Source: Octopus vulgaris (taxonomy: Eukaryota). Taken from it: a DNA stretch of 64,000 bases. Below are positions 1-14,600 of this stretch, one piece after another. The stretch's first letter is position 1; every line of letters begins with the position of its first letter. Both the position numbers and the translations under genes were made by a program. The stretch is taken from contig OX597830.1 in the NCBI GenBank assembly GCA_951406725.2, forward strand, positions 44,950,001 to 45,014,000, given 5' to 3'. Under the pieces are notes generated by a model. The model did not search any database. It worked only from the letters and a program-made list of their open reading frames with translations, and was not told the origin of the DNA.

Positions 1-2
1 AT

Positions 3-36
<34 letters not shown>

Positions 37-109
37 CAAAACTGGGAGAAAGGGAAGTGGGACGAAATGATGAATCGAATCGACCCTGACGCGAACGCGC
101 TGTCAGACA

Positions 110-887
110 ATAATGCAATAAATAAAATATATGCATGCATACAAACATATATGTACGTACCTACATCTACATGTATATATACATGCATATATAAATATAT
201 ATATGTGAGTACAGGACACTGCAACTAGACGTAGAACTCAACGAAAAACGAAAACGGACAAGCCATATTTTTACAACAAAAAAACAGAGACGAAACGAAA
301 ACGGGAAAAACATTATTTTTTACAACAGAAAAACAAGGTACAGGACAAACCACACAGGAAAAATCCCCAGTTCATCAGCTGTCTCTAGCTAACTCAAGCG
401 TGTTTCGAAGGATAAAACAGGACATGACTCATCAACTAGTCCTTCATTGCGAGAGAATTAAAATAAAATTGCCTCGCATAGGGGCAAAAACAGACAAGAA
501 AAACATGTGTCTGTTTTTGCCCCTATGCGAGGCAATTTTATTTTAATTCTCTCGCAATGAAGGACTAGTTGATGAGTCATGTCCTGTTTTATCCTTCGAA
601 ACACGCTTGAGTTAGCTAGAGACAGCTGATGAACTGGGGATTTTTCCTGTGTGGTTTGTCCTGTACCTTGTTTTTCTGTTGTAAAAAATAATGTTTTTCC
701 CGTTTTCGTTTCGTCTGTTTTTTTGTTGTAAAAATATGGCTTGTCCGTTTTCGTTTTTCGTTGAGTTCTACGTCTAGTTGCAGTGTCCTGTACTCACGTA
801 TATATATTTATATATGCATGTATATATACATGTAGATGTAGGTACGTACATATATGTTTGTATGCATGCATATATTTTATTTATTAC

Positions 888-892
<5 letters not shown>
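110..892. repeat. Long near-perfect palindrome (arms 110-496 and 508-892, 11-nt loop) set between (TA)n tracts
   Basis: Arm-by-arm reverse complement shows two substitutions and one 2-bp indel. Confidence 0.97.
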
Positions 893-927
<35 letters not shown>

Positions 928-1058
928 TGTATACAAGCATATTTAACAAGTTTGTGTATACTTGGACATAGAACAGCATGTTGTTTTAATATAAGCACAA
1001 CCTCTTCTGTTCTTAGTAGCTGATGATATACAATAATTTCTTTCAATGCTGCCTCTAA

Positions 1059-1116
<58 letters not shown>

Positions 1117-1442
1117 TGTGCAAGTTTATGCTGTTCAGCTGGCTGGTTTTGAATGGGGTCTGAAGCAGTAATGCTGTCTGAAATGTTAGAGCAATGCTCC
1201 ATTATATGTCTCATTTAAGCCTTGTATTTGTTATGGAGGAAGAGGGCCAGTTTTTGTGATGTTTTATATTATCAGAAGAGATTATCAATGCTTTACAAGC
1301 AATGTATTTGCAACAATCTTGACAGATGTAGTTGCATGTTGGCCATAACCATGCAATATCCAATGAGCGTTTCACTTTTATATAGATAACCTCACACAAG
1401 TAAGCATACACTTATGTATAAAAGAAAGAAACAATAATAAAC

Positions 1443-1592
1443 CTCAGAGAACTTAGGATGTTCTTTAATGAAATTGGTAGCTTCTTCAGGTGTTAAATTA
1501 ATGACATGAATACCAGCAGGTAAGAGATCCATCTGTAGAAGAAGCAAACGAGCTTGTCGGACACAATATTCAGCATGGCGGAGGATATTATC
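1443..1592 (-). CDS. SPG11: SPG11 exon ([50 protein letters not shown])
   Basis: poly-T + ctag acceptor, gtttat donor, 150 nt; resembles DSCVRQAQHCQRLTKLITLQIHFL..LINL..LPRFYQ. Confidence 0.93.
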
Positions 1593-4500
1593 CTAGAAAA
1601 AAAAAAAAAAAAAACAGACCAGAAGAAACACTGAAGTTTGAGAAATTTGTTCAAAATTGAATTATTTCATTTTCTGTTTAGATCTTAAAATGTAAAATGC
1701 AATTTTAGGTGACTTTGAAGACAAACTCATAAAACAAAGTTTTATATTGTTAAGAACATATGTTAAGTAACATCATGTTTAAAACATGCTACCAGTTGAT
1801 CTACAAATTTAAAAATTGTAATGTCTCTTAGTTATTTACACTTAATTAAAAATTAAAAATCAAAAAGTAAAACCACCTTCATATAGCTTTTTGCAGCATC
1901 AGAAAAATATTGGTGAATCTTTTGTAACAACAATACAACTTCTGAAGAGTTCACTGCAAAATAATTAGAAATATTTTATACAAATAATATTAGCAATTTA
2001 TTTTTTAAGATTACAGAATTGTTATTGGGCAGTTAAAGTGTGCAGTTTAACTTTTGCAACTCTTCTTAATATTCTATCACAATTCAATTTGCATTGAGGA
2101 TGTTTTACAGGAATATTAAATCAATCATAGTACTTGACTGGTACTTTGTTTTATCAATCGCACAAGAACGAAAGGTGAAGTTCATCTCATTGGAATTTGA
2201 ATTCAAATTGTAAAAGGTCATAACTAAATCCATAGGCATTCTGCCCAAATAATAATTAAAATAATAGCAATGAAATTATTGTGTATAGTGTTCAGGTGCA
2301 CTACAGGTCATCATAGGTGCATGTACATTACATAGAATTATGTATAAAAGTCAGGAAATTGAACAGTGTATGAATTATGATATACATGTGTACATCCGTA
2401 TAAAAGAAGGGGCAATATCAGATGTAGTGTTGGCAAATTTCAGGAAGCATGGAGGTTTTAAAGGATGCAATGTCTCGGCAGCTAACAACTGATGCTTCAG
2501 CAACTCTGAGTGTGAAAAAAATGTTTCTGAAAGTCATGGGAGTTGTGCTGTTTTCTGACTTAGTAGGCTTGCCCACGTGTGTTAGACACCTGATGCTCAA
2601 AAAGGTGTTCAAGGTGGTTGTTGGCATGATGGTTATTAATTTTGTGGATGTTTGCTAAGTCAGTTGCCAGATGTCAGAGCTTCAATTAATCTATGCCCAG
2701 GGAAGCAAGGTGTTCAGAGTATTACAGATACCTGAGGGTACTCACTTTGTTGTACGTCTCTGAACAGTTTCCAGGAGGACAATGTCCTGAGCAAGATTGG
2801 GGTTCCAGACTGGTGATGCAAATTCCAAATGTGGCTGCACCATAGTCAGCTTTAAATAGACAGATGGAGAGTGGCTGACAAAGTGATGCCAAGACATCTT
2901 GACAATTTTTGAGATGTGCTTTGTCCCGATCAAATCACTACTGACAGTAATGTCCAGGTCACATTGACAAGAAGACTTCTTGATATTAGTGTTGTGGAGA
3001 GAGTATGTGGACACTGGGTATTTCCTCCCAAAATGCACAGTGGTACACTTGTCCACAGCCAGCTTGAGTTGCCAGCCCGTGATCCCTTTTTGCACTGTGT
3101 CCAGGTTCGATTGCAGGAAAGATCTATAGTGTTCTTTTTATCTCAAGGTACAGCTTGATGTCATCTGCATATTCCAGCACTGTAGCATTCTTTAAGTTGG
3201 CATCTATGTCAATGTATGCAGCAAAAAGGGGACTAGGAACAGATCCCTGTGGTACACCAGACATCTCTTAGGGTGAAGAATGCTGTCCTAAAACCGTGAC
3301 TACCTTTTTTTGGCTGAGAATGAAGGACTCCAACCAGTTAAAAAGATCATTTTTCACACCCATTGCAGAGAGTTTTGTCATAAATCTTTTGCGTGGCACA
3401 GAATTAAAAGCTTTAGCAAAGTCAAGGTAAACAACTGAAACTAGAGAGAGAAAAACATCCACCCATGAGCTGCCATCAGTAACCTGCTTGATGTCTTCAA
3501 GAAACTTGATAAGTTGGTCACAGCAGCTGGAGTTATGGATAAATCCAAATTGCATGGGCCAGATAAGGCTGTGAGAATTCCAGAAGTTCCAGAGTGTTTC
3601 TCCGACACAAGATTCCATCAGTTTGGCAATGCAGCTAATAAGACTGATTGGATGATAGTTGACAAGTGACGTGCAGTCACCCTTTTTCAACAGAAGAATG
3701 ACACTGGCAGTTTTCCATTGCTCCAGAGTAGCACCATTGTTAAGACAGAACTGAAAGAAAAGTGAAAGCTGGTGCAGAAGAAAGTACCCACCATGTTTGA
3801 GAAGCAGATATGTAACACCATCAAGACCAGAAGAGGCATTATTACACCTGTACTCAAATTATTCAACCGTTTAACTTCACATATCTTACTTGATAATCTG
3901 GTACAACAGTAAAAATTCTCATTTAAAAGTAATTTTCATGTGTCTGATATTATACAACTAAATGTATAAAAAAAATGAGAAAGTAAGAAAAAAATGACAA
4001 GAAGGATGTATTTTAAAAAGAATTTTGATCAATGAAATATCTTTCCTTGTAAGCATTATGCCTGCATGGATGAATAAACATTAAAGTGACACTAATAATG
4101 ACAGCTATGATGATCATAGTAAAAACCAGGGATGTGGAGTCAAAACACAAAAACTTCAACTCCTCTAGTATTGGCACCTCCAAATCCAATTCCTCTTTAT
4201 GAAATTAAGTGATAGTGGTCTACATATCTCATAAAGCATATGCATATGCTTGTACTTTGAGTAGGCCTATATGTTATAACTGGTTTATATTAAAGAATAA
4301 AGATATTATGAATTAGAGTCAGAGTTGGTAAAATTATACTGACTCTGACTACAGCTACCCCTTAATTGTTTCCGGCTCTGACTGCACAACCCTGGTAAAA
4401 ACTGGGGACTTATGACAAAGGCAGCAGTGATAGCTGTGGTGTTGAACTGCTAGCATGAATTATGTGTGTCTGCTCATGTACAATAATAACTATACAAATA

Positions 4501-7500
4501 TATTGGTGCTACTATGTGTACAAAAGCAAATGTTTCACAGGTGAATATGCTTTCTAGCAAGATTGATATATTTTCATAAACAATCTTTTAAAATAGAATT
4601 GCTGAATATTATTTACCTAGTGGTTTCCTTTTTAATATATCCAAATTCTTTTGGGCCAACTCCTCAAGCATTTGTCCAATCTCTCTAAACATTGTAAAAT
4701 TTAGGGCCACCATGGTGTAACTGTCACTGTCATTGGGATGAAAACGTTTGAGATAATCTAAAATTGCAGACCTCAGCTGATCTTCCTGGTAAACAAATAA
4801 GAAGAACAACAATTATTTCACACATGAAAATAGGCAAAACAATTTAACTTAAAATTATATATCAGCAATTAATAAATGATCCTGTCAACTGATTCTAATA
4901 ACTATCACTTACAAAAGTAGTCATCATTTATTTGAATAATATCAAATGCCTAAATGTTTAGAAGAAATTTTATTTACACTTGAAGTCATGAATTGAAATT
5001 TTATTTACACCTGAACCCATGTGTCTGCTCACATATTAGGGCAAACTACAAACTATGGAAAGTAGGAAATAAAAGTCTTCTTTCAGAACATGACAAATTA
5101 TAATTATTACTTAGATATTTAGAATAGTTGAGTTTTCTAAAGTTTTAAACCAGATTTGATTTTAGCAGGTTATAGCTTGCTGTAGTAGATGATCAGAGAA
5201 ATTTCTTCTTGTTGACACACAACATCAAACCTGCCTAACTTGTAGACATACAGAAAAAGAATATTTTCAAAATAAATTTCAAATTCAGATTAATAGTTTC
5301 TTTATCAACTCTTCAGAGAAAAATTAAAGCATATAATTATTGAATTCATACATTTTAAGTGGATATTTAAAGTTTTGATGTAAATTATGAGGTTGAAAAA
5401 TATTGATATAGAAGCAGAATGACAGTGATATTAAAAGTGTTAGAGAAATGATAACATAGTAATGAAATCAAGTTTTATGAGTGCATTGTTTCCCTAAATA
5501 ATCCTGCTTTCCTCAACTGATAATGTCTCATGTTAGGAAAGAAAACAATGTGAAAAATAGAATTGAAACACATTGAGTTGTTAGTCGTTTTACACAGTTC
5601 TTTTTATTTCATCTAGGTTTTATATAGCATTAATATTCATTAATTAATATCTATCAAATCAACAACATTAAATATGATAAAAATTTTGATGCTACAAATT
5701 TTGATGTAAACTTTTTTCTACTGGACCAAATCTCAATTTTTTTTTATGCCAAAATGTGGCTAGGGACCAGTCCTTTTCAAAAATGTTAACAGTTTTCAAT
5801 TTGGTTATGAAGTGAATTAGCAACAAGCTCTGAAAGATGTTGCATGTGAGTAAATTGCAGCCTTAAGAATATTATTCAACTACAATTGTAGGTGAATGAT
5901 TATCAATGACAGTGGCAGAAAGGGATGAACAAAATATTAGATAGTTTTTTACAAAAAGAAATAAAAGGTGCTGATATATTGTTAAAGTTCTGACAAGTGT
6001 AAGGAGGTTGATGGGAGCAATGAGTAAAGTACTTAAACTATAGCTAATTAAGCATTGTTGTTGATTAAGTAAATTTATTGGAACCATAGTTAATTAAGCA
6101 TTGTTTTTCCAATAAACAATATTTACATTTGACGGATATTTGTCCTCATCTTGTTTGTTGTTAACACGTTTCGGCTGATATACCCTCCAGCCTTCATCAG
6201 GTGTCTTGGGGAAATTTCGAACCTGGGTTCTCATTCCACTCATAATTCCACATCTCTTAAATATGGAACAGTGCTTTCTAATAAAGTTTGATAAACTAAA
6301 CTTATGATGCAAATCTCAATATTATAGCTAAAAATTTCACTGACAAATTGAATAATATAGGTGATACACTGTATATATTGAGAGTTATAAGAACAAAGAT
6401 AATAAAATTTTAGAGCATTTACAAAATTAAGAACCTCTAAAACAAAAGAACAACCAAATTACCTTTTCCATTCCTTTCCTCATCAGCAGCTCAAACTGAT
6501 GATGTTGCTTCAGCGCATCAAATATGTAGGTCATCTCATTGAAGCGGCCAACACCTGTTAATAGGCTGATCTATAACAACAGAAAGAGATATACACAATC
6601 ATTATTATTTCATATATACACAATGAATCAAACTGTTGGAAAGGAACAATTCCTAACAGTGAGCTACAAGTAACCTTAGATACTGAGAACCATCTTAAGT
6701 ATCCAAGTTGTACTTAATAATACGGTTTTCTTGAGCTGTACTGAATTAAGTTTTATGCCTATTTCCTCTATCTATTTGTTCAAATCTTTAGAGATAGTTC
6801 CTAATGCACTTGTAACTACAAGAATATATTTTACCCATACTTTCCACAGCCTCTGTAACTCAAAGGCTAGGTCCTGGTACTTAGCTATTTTTTCTATACC
6901 TCTCATATTGACTTTCTCATCATTTGGGACTGTAAAGTCAATTTCCTGCCACTTTCTATTCTTTTTGTCAGGCACAATGTTAAAATCCCACAACACCTTA
7001 CATTCCTTACTTTCTAACACTTTTCTAGGTTCGTGTTCATACCACTTAACAGTATGGTCAAATCCAAGCTTTCTACATAACTCTCAGAACACTTGGCAAA
7101 ATGTTTAGCGGCATTTCGTCTGTCTGCACATTCTGAGTTCAAATTCTGCTGAGGTCATCTTTACCTTTCATCCTTACAAGGTTGGTAAAATAAGTAATCG
7201 GCTCATCTCCTCCCTCAAAATTGCTGCCCTTGAGGCAAAATTTGAAACCATTATCATTATTATTATTGAGTGAGAGTAGCACATGCCATCAAAGTGACAC
7301 TGGGGTACAAATATATGAAACCCAATATACCTATCATGACTACCTATCTGATAAGGGCACATGCATCACAACCATATGTGCATGACATGGCGATTTCAAA
7401 TCAAGATAAACAGTGCATGATTTTGCAGGTAGGGCCCAGTTAGAATTTTCTTCAAGTTGAGTAGCCCATCCTGCTCAAGAGGTCCCTCAACAAGGGTCGT

Positions 7501-7749
7501 TTAAAGATGTCAAATGAAACACCCATGTTTCCAGAGGTGAATCTGTGATGCTCCCCAACTACTTTTGTTCATGATTACAGATGCACATATCATCACCCAC
7601 CAAGGGACGCACTTAACAGGTTAAGGTCAAAACAACTGACAAGTAGATCTGTGGTACTGAGCAGAACATTTGATAAAATGTACATGATAATACTTCCAAT
7701 CAGTTAAAATCAGAAGCCAATGAGAGCCAGTGCCTGGCATTGCATCAGG

Positions 7750-7790
<41 letters not shown>

Positions 7791-8606
7791 GATGATGATG
7801 ATGGTGACATTTACGTAAATTTCTATTGCATCACCAGATGTATCTTCTGTTCCTGAAATGTGTGACAAAGTAGAATTGCACAGGTATGCTACATCTGTTA
7901 TATTTTTGGTGTTATTTTATGGTTTCTATTGTGCAGAGAATGTGTAATATGAGTTGTGGTGATGGTGGTTGGGAGGTCATATATGCTGTATGACTGCAGT
8001 TAAGTGATTTAGTAATTAGATACGCCCCTCCATAATATTGACATTGTCTGTACAGATGCATAAGTGTACCATAAATCAACTGTCGAAATGTTCGTAGAGC
8101 AATGTGAAATGAAGAGTTTTGTTCAAGAACACAATGTGCTGCCTCGCCTGGGAATCAAACCCATGATCTAGAGGTCACATGTGCAATGCTCTAACCACAT
8201 GCCTTCACACACACACACACATATATAAATTTGCTGTGCAATATATGGATTCATAGAATCATGTGGCTGTCATGGAAAGCTCCTCAAGTGGACCTGGCTA
8301 GCAGAGCACATGGTAATCCAAAATGGAGGAGTACAGTGCAGAGTTCTAAGGAGCTGAAATCCAAGAGATCTAATCAATGAAATTATCTCATGAGGAGTAT
8401 ATAAACCATAAAAAGTCAGGAGGTATAAGAGGTGAATATATTTATTTAACCACTTGTTATCTTTAGGATTATGGCCTTTATATCATTCGTCTTGTTTACA
8501 TATCAAATGTTGTCAAACAGCCATAATCCAATAGCTAAGTGGTTAAATATATTCACCTCTCATACCTCTTCACTTTTTATGGTTTGTGTGTGTGTATGTA
8601 TGTATG

Positions 8607-8645
<39 letters not shown>

Positions 8646-11600
8646 TCTCAGATATATTGATATACATATTTTTATATACACACATTTTCACACACACAAA
8701 CTCTCCTATGCAGAGAGACAGAGAGACAGAGAAAGAGAAACAGATCCATGGAAAGTATAAAAATAAACCCTGAAAGGTTTCTATGAAGTTGCATAGGAAA
8801 CAGTCACAGTCCAGTACAAAATAGGACCATTGTTCCAAGGGAATGGTTGACTGACCATAAGTCCCCAAAAGATAAGGTAAGTGCTCAATGAACAATTTAA
8901 AAATGTCTTTACCTTCTCATTCAAATAAATAACCGGGCTGAGTTCTTTGAAATTACACCTCTGTAGTGAAAGGTGGCAACTACACTGACATTGTGGAGGT
9001 AGATGTAACAGTAGCCATAGATGAAGTTGGCTTAAACTTAGCCACTGGTCTTGATGGTTTCCCAGCTTTTCTCTTGAAGTCATGTAAGCAGGTTTTAGCA
9101 AAACTACTTCAGATACTTTTCCAGAGTTTACTTCAAGTGGTGAACTTCCTAAAAAGCTAAAAGGTGGTATCATATGCCCTATCCATAAAGATGGGAACAA
9201 AGCAGGGGGTAAAATATACAGACTCATCTCTTTGATTTCACACATCAGCAAGTCATGGAATGAATCATCATCATCATCATCATCGTTTAACGTCCGTTCT
9301 CCATGCTAGCATGGGTTGGACAGTTCGACCGGGGATCTGGGAAGCCAGAAGGCTGCACCAGGCTCCAGTCTTATCTGGCAATGTTTCTACAGCTGGATGC
9401 CCTTCCTAACGCCAACCACTCCGTGAGTGTAGTGGGTGCATTTTACGTGCCACCTGCACAGGTGCCAGGCGAGGCTGGCAACGGCCACGGTCGGATTGAT
9501 GTATTTTATGTGCCACCGGCACGGAAGCCAGTCGAGGCGGTGCTGGCATCGGCCATGAGTCGGATAGTGCTTTTTACGTACCACCAGACCAGGGATCCTG
9601 GCTGGTTCAATTCGATTTCGATTTCGCTTGCCCCAACATGTCTTCACAAGCAAAGGGGGTTGGCAAATAATAATAATAATAATAATAATAATGAAATTAT
9701 TGTATACAGTGCTCAGGTGCACCACAACTTGTCAGACAGTGCATATAAAGTATATGCAGTACAAATGTCTGGAAAGCGAACAATGTATGAGTCAGATACA
9801 TACTTGTGTGTGTATAGAGGGGAAAAAATCAGGTGTAGTGTTGGCGAATCTCAGAAAGCATGGAAGTTTTGAAGGATGCAGTGCTCCAACAACTAACAAC
9901 TGATGCCGGCAGTTTGTTCCATGCTTCAGCAACTTTCAGCGTGAAAAAATGTTTCGGAAAGTCATGGGAGTTGTGCTGTTTTCTGACTTTGTAAATATGT
10001 CCACAGGTGTTAGACGGGTGGAGTTTGAAAAGGTGCTCAGAGTTATTGTTTGTAAGATGATTAATAATTTTATAGGTGTCTGCCAAGTCAGCTGCCAGAC
10101 ATCGGAGTTTCAATGTGTCCATGCCCAGGGAAGTAAGGCATTACAGAATATGGCAAATGCCTGATGGAGGGTATTCTTTTGGTTGCACATCGCTGAACAG
10201 CTTCCAGACGATTAATATCCTGAGCAAGATAGGGGTTCCAGACCGGTGATGCAAATTCCAGGTGAGGTCTTACCATAGCTATATAAAGCCGCAGATAGAT
10301 AGCCGGAGAGCGGCTCACAATGGACTTGGTGAGTGATGCCAAGACACCCTAAGCCTTCTTGGCAATTTTAGTGATGTGTTTTGTCCAACGCAAATCGCTG
10401 TCGACAATAAAACCTAGGTCACGTTCACACGAAGACTTTTTGAGATTAGTGTTGTGGAGAGAGTAAGTGGACACTGGGTTTCTCCGTGGTACATTTGTCC
10501 ACAGCCAGCTTGAGTTGCCAGTCCATGATCCACTGCTGCATTGTGTCCAGGTCTGCTTGCAATAGAGATCTATAGTGTACAGGATCTGACCTCTTTATTT
10601 CGAGGTACAGCTTGATGTCATCTGCATATTTCAGCACTGTGGCATTCTTTAAGTTGGCATCTATGTCATTAACATACGCAACAAATAAAAGGGGGCCAAG
10701 AACAGTTCCCTGTGGTACACCAGATGTCATCTCATAGGGTGAAGAGTGCTGTCCTAGAACTGTGACAACCTCTTTTCAGCCAAAAATAAAGGACTTCAAC
10801 CAGTTATAGAGTTCGTCACTTACGCCTAACGCAGAGAGTTTCACCATAAGTCTTTTGTGTGGCACAGAGTTAAAAGCCTCAGCAAAGGCCAGGTAAACAA
10901 CATCCACCCAGGATCCGTGATCAGTGATTTGGGTAATGTCCTCAAGAAACTCGATGAGTTGATTACAGCAGCTGGAGTTAGGAATAAATCCAAATAGTGA
11001 TGGCTGGATGAGGCTCCGAGACTTCCAGAAGTTCCAGAGGGTTTCCCTGACACAGGATTCCATCAGTTTGGCGATGCAGCTAGTAAGACTAACAGGGCGA
11101 TAGTTGACAGGCGATGTGCAGTCACCTTTTTTGAACAGAAGGATAACACTGGCAGTTTTCCACTGCTCTGGAGTAACACCATTGTCAAGACAGAATTGGA
11201 AGAATAGAGAAAGTTGGCTTAGAAGAAAGTACCCACCGCGTTTGAGAAGTAGGTATGTAACACCATCGAGACCAGGAGAGGCATAGTTGCATTTATTCTT
11301 AAGGTGGCGTTGTAGCATTGCTGGTGTAAACTGTATAGTAGATATAGAGTCCAGTGTCAGTGGTGATGAAGATGGAGCATTTTGGTCTTTGACAGTAAAG
11401 ATGCCGGCATAGCATCCAGCAATGATTTCTACACATTCTTTGGGATTGCCAGTAATCTGTCCTGTGTGGGGATTGTGAAGGGGACCAACTGGAGAGTGAG
11501 GTCTCTGCTTTGAGTGCACATACTTCCAGAACACTTTGCTGTCAGGGTTGGTTGCAATGCGTTGTTCAAATTCAAGCACTGCCTTTTTTGTCACCTGCTT

Positions 11601-14600
11601 GATGTGGTTGGCTGACCTATTGCGCTTTTTCCTGTTGATCTCTGATTTGTGCAATTTGTAATCCTGTTCAGCATTACGGCGTCCTTTCCTGGCAAGTCGG
11701 ACTGCTGCAGTCTCCCAAATTGCACTATTGGGTGGTTTTGATAACTGATTCCTAGAAGAAAAGGACTTGCTGAACAATACCCAGCATGGTTTTTGTTGGG
11801 GTGCAAAAAGAAAACATTTGTTCCACTTTCAATTCAACTTTAATGCTCAATTTGTGAAGAGCATTCAAGTGAATTTTATTAGAAATGATTTTAATTAAAG
11901 ACACCAATGATCAAAAGTAAAACTAATATTGAATGAAATTGTTGAGGAACAGGTTTTCCTCAACTAATTTTAAGAGAACAATTTTTCTTTCATATACAAT
12001 TAACTCTTTGTAAATAATTTCACATCATAAAAATGTATTTTCAGTGAAATTCCATCTATTTATATTTCATGATGCACTCTTCCCTTTTGCAGTTTTGTTA
12101 CATTTTGGGAGTGGATACATTCTAACCTCCATAGACCCTTTTCTTTTATACTTACCTTTGTATATTTCTTTTGAGCGGAAAAGTGTGGAAAAATAAATTG
12201 ACAAGATAACAAGATCAGAAATTTTGTTTTTGCATATTAAATCTAATATGCATCAAATTAAATTAAATTAAATTCTTACCATCAAATTAAATTCTTCAGC
12301 CTGTGAAAGGCGCTGGTTTAAAACACGAGCAGCTCTTAGAACATTAGAAATTCCTTCCATGTTACATGCTGATGTGTGGCAATGATGGGCCAGGATAAGC
12401 ATATTAGTTTGTACAGTTAAAACTGTAAAAAGTAATCGAGAACAAAAATTTAATTTTAACTTCCTTTATTAATGTATTTGTATGATCAAAATTACTTAAC
12501 AAACCAATTTATAACCAATATACATTTTAGTTTATAGATCCTATCTTTTAGAGCAGCTATATGTTATGGTAATTAGATACATAATAGTGAAAATACATAC
12601 CAGTGGTAAAGAAGATGGGATTTAGTACTAAATAAAAAATAAAAATTTATACACAAACATTGTGTTGTTTTCTTTAGAAGAACACAAACTGCTTATTTTC
12701 CAAATCAACTAAATTTAGGGAAAATAAAATGCAAGGGAATGATTGCCACTTCATACCTGGGTAGTTAATATTAGTAAGAATATCCAGTTATATATAGCTG
12801 ATACAATTGACAATGTTGTTCCCTGTACTAACAACATATGTTCTAAGTTCAAAACATTAGTACAAGCAATTCAACATAAATGAAATGGCTAACAGGTATA
12901 GCAAAGTGAAATTATGTTGCCACTGCTACTGAGGATGATAATTATAACAGAGGACTCAATGAAACTCAAGAGGACAACAATATTTTATGTAAACTTTTTT
13001 GTAGAGAAATACAACTCAGTTCTATTAAGCTGATATCTGACCAAGTAAAGATAAATATATATAAACTGGATCATCCAGTAAGACCATTGAGGTATGGTAA
13101 CATCATTGAAGGCTTTTGTGTTTATGTAGTGTGAGAGGGACATGTGAGGTTGACAAAACTCATCCCTCAATAACATATATAATCACAATTCAATTTACAT
13201 GCATAAAGCATACTATTTTAGGAGCGGTGGGGGAGGGGGACACATAAAATTATGATATTCCAACCTTTTTCAATGAGAAGAAAGTGAAATGGTTAGATTT
13301 GGGAACTGAAACAACTTTTAAACCTTCACTGGGAACTTACTGCTTTTCTGTGATGAATAAGTTAAAAATCATCATCATCGTTTAACGTCTGCTTTCCATG
13401 CTAGCATGGGTTGGCTGATTTGACTGAGGTCTGGCGAACCAGATGGCTGCACCAGACTCCAATCTGATCTGGCAGAGTTTCTACAGCTAGATACCCTTCA
13501 TAATGCCAACCACTCCAAGAGTGTAGTGGGAACTTTTACGTGCCACCAGCACAAGGGCCAGTCAGGCGGTACTGGCAATGGCCACGCTCAAATGGTGCTT
13601 TTTATGTGCCACCTGCACAGGAGCCAGTCCAGCGGCACTGGCAAAGACCACGCTCAAATGTTTTTTCCTGTGCCACCAGCACAAGTGCCAGTAAGGTGAT
13701 GCAGGTAACGATTACACTCGAATGGTGCTTTTTACAAGCCACTGGCACAAAGGCCAGCTTGTTGCTCCGGCAATGATCACGCTCAGATGGTGCTCTCAGC
13801 ACTCCACTAGCACAGATGCCAGTCATCAAATTTGATTTTGATTTCACTTGCCTCAACAGGTCTTCGCAAGCAGAGTTTAGTGTCCAATGAAGGAAAGGTA
13901 CACATAAGTGGGCCGGTTACATCCCTGGCATAGGCCATGAGGTTATGGTCTCACTTGGGCTTGCTGAGTCTTCTTAAGCACAGCATATTTCCAAAGGTCC
14001 CAGTCACTAGTTATTGCCTTGGTGAGGCCCAATGTTCGAAGGTCATGCTTCACCACCTCATCCCAGGTCTTCCTCGGTCTTCCTCTTCCACAGGTTCCCT
14101 CAACTGCTAGGGTGTGATACTTTTTCACACAGCTATCCACATCCATTCTCGCCACATGGCCATAGCAGCGCAGTCGTCTCTTTGCACACCACATCTGATG
14201 CTTCTTAAGTCCAACTTTTCTCTCAAGGCACTAACACTCTGTCAAGTATGCACACTGACATTACACATCCAGCGGATCATACTGGTTTCATTTCTTGCGA
14301 GCTTATGCATGTCCTCAGCAGTCACGGCCCATGTTTCACTGCCATGTAGCATAGCTGTTCATACATATGCGTCATACAGTCTACCTTTTACTCTGAGCAA
14401 GAGGCCTTTTGTCACCAGCAGAGGTAAGAGCTCTCTGAACTTTGCCCAAGCTATTCTTATTCTAGCAGCTACACTTTCAGCGCACCCTCCCCCACTTCTG
14501 ACTTGGTCACCTAGGTAACGGAAGCTATCAACTACTTCTAGTTTTCCTCCCTGGAATGTGGCGGAAGTTGTTCTCTGCGCATTTTCAGAGTTTATTGCTC

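Noticed and set aside
925-1440. Possible terminal SPG11 exon(s) (ALIISSDN.., MRHIMEHCSNI..)
   Set aside because: No AG acceptor in the required phase, stops intervene, and similarity to the spatacsin C-terminus is at chance level; the terminal exons probably lie left of the window.
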